The notes beneath the pieces were generated by a model. It made no database searches. It was not told the origin of the DNA and saw only the letters and a program-made list of their open reading frames with translations. DNA of 32,000 bases, from positions 30,001 to 62,000 of the forward strand of contig NZ_CP092368.1 of NCBI RefSeq assembly GCF_025021925.1, written 5' to 3'. The position numbers were made by a program, and so were the translations under genes. Below are positions 31,677 to 32,000 of the stretch, piece after piece; the first letter of the stretch is position 1; each line of letters starts with the position of its first letter. The DNA comes from Candidatus Saccharimonadota bacterium (lineage in GTDB: Bacteria; Pseudomonadota; Alphaproteobacteria; Rickettsiales; Anaplasmataceae).

Positions 31677-32000
31677 TTATTTTTTGGGAATATAGTGTTC
31701 ATCATGTTTTGCAAAGACAAATTCTGCAAGAAAAATATTATTGTTATCTGTCATTTTACCTTGTACGACTACGCCACTACCTTCTGAAAACATTGGCGGT
31801 AATATACCTTGATATATTACCGTCATAATCTGATTGAGATCAGTTATTTGAAATAGTAACTCATTTTCTGTATATAATATACTATCATTCATCACTATCC
31901 CTCCAATACGGATTGGATTTTTATAATTTGTTAATACTACAGCCTCACTCACTGTATAGTAAAATGATATATTATCTTTTAATATCATTAAAACATATAA
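31677..32000 (-). CDS. ccmE: Cytochrome c maturation heme chaperone CcmE. The N-terminal TM part runs off the right edge of the window.
   Basis: It has FYYTVSE, IRIGGIV, YQGILPPMF.EG.GVVVQG and the heme-binding AKHDEHY motif. The frame stays open from 31988 to the window end, so the tracked Met is probably internal. Confidence 0.85.
   Translation of the reverse strand, partial: LYVLMILKDNISFYYTVSEAVVLTNYKNPIRIGGIVMNDSILYTENELLFQITDLNQIMTVIYQGILPPMFSEGSGVVVQGKMTDNNNIFLAEFVFAKHDEHYIPKK

Noticed and set aside
1-32000. Search for CRISPR arrays, IS or transposase genes, integrases, phage genes, toxin-antitoxin or defence systems, and tandem repeats
   Set aside because: I found none. Every ORF longer than about 90 codons that is not antisense to another gene is a recognisable housekeeping gene. 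I saw no regularly spaced repeats and no tandem arrays beyond short AT runs.

Overview
This window is very AT-rich and gene-dense, and its content is core housekeeping genes from a reduced alphaproteobacterial genome. It looks Rickettsiales or Anaplasmataceae-like for three reasons: a circularly permuted two-piece tmRNA, a ProP-type MFS transporter and ccmE, and scattered purC/purM/purQ genes alongside hemE. I could not assign a species.

I support 31 protein genes: dnaB (partial), a ProP-like MFS transporter, tadA, pyrG, secG, guaA, pheS, a yggT-family gene, sspB, obg, eno, grxD, bolA, lipB, purQ, pstA, rplS, trmD, purC, purM, hemE, an aspartate aminotransferase, a second MFS transporter, glyA, era, mnmG, pepP, fabH, plsX, rpmF and ccmE (partial). 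I also support one tRNA-Leu(CAA) and one tmRNA. The standard genetic code fits, because all conserved genes are full length.

I found no mobile elements, CRISPR arrays, defence or toxin systems, or accessory islands. On this evidence it is an ordinary core region, not a novel multi-gene system.

The points most worth a second look:
- The permuted ssrA has an atypical T-loop and a 16-residue tag, ANDNVAANGNRLYVAA.
- ssrA is followed within about 20 nt, with no terminator, by the gene for the tag adaptor SspB.
- A perfect 24-bp-stem palindrome abuts the pheS start and overlaps an extended -10 motif.
- pheS lacks pheT and is followed by a 465-bp gene-free spacer holding a second perfect palindrome.
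- The purM/hemE divergent spacer is a synteny- and strand-switch-based candidate replication origin, but I could not find DnaA or CtrA boxes in it.
- A 16-bp direct repeat brackets tRNA-Leu.

All coordinates and motifs were read by eye, and no database search was run.
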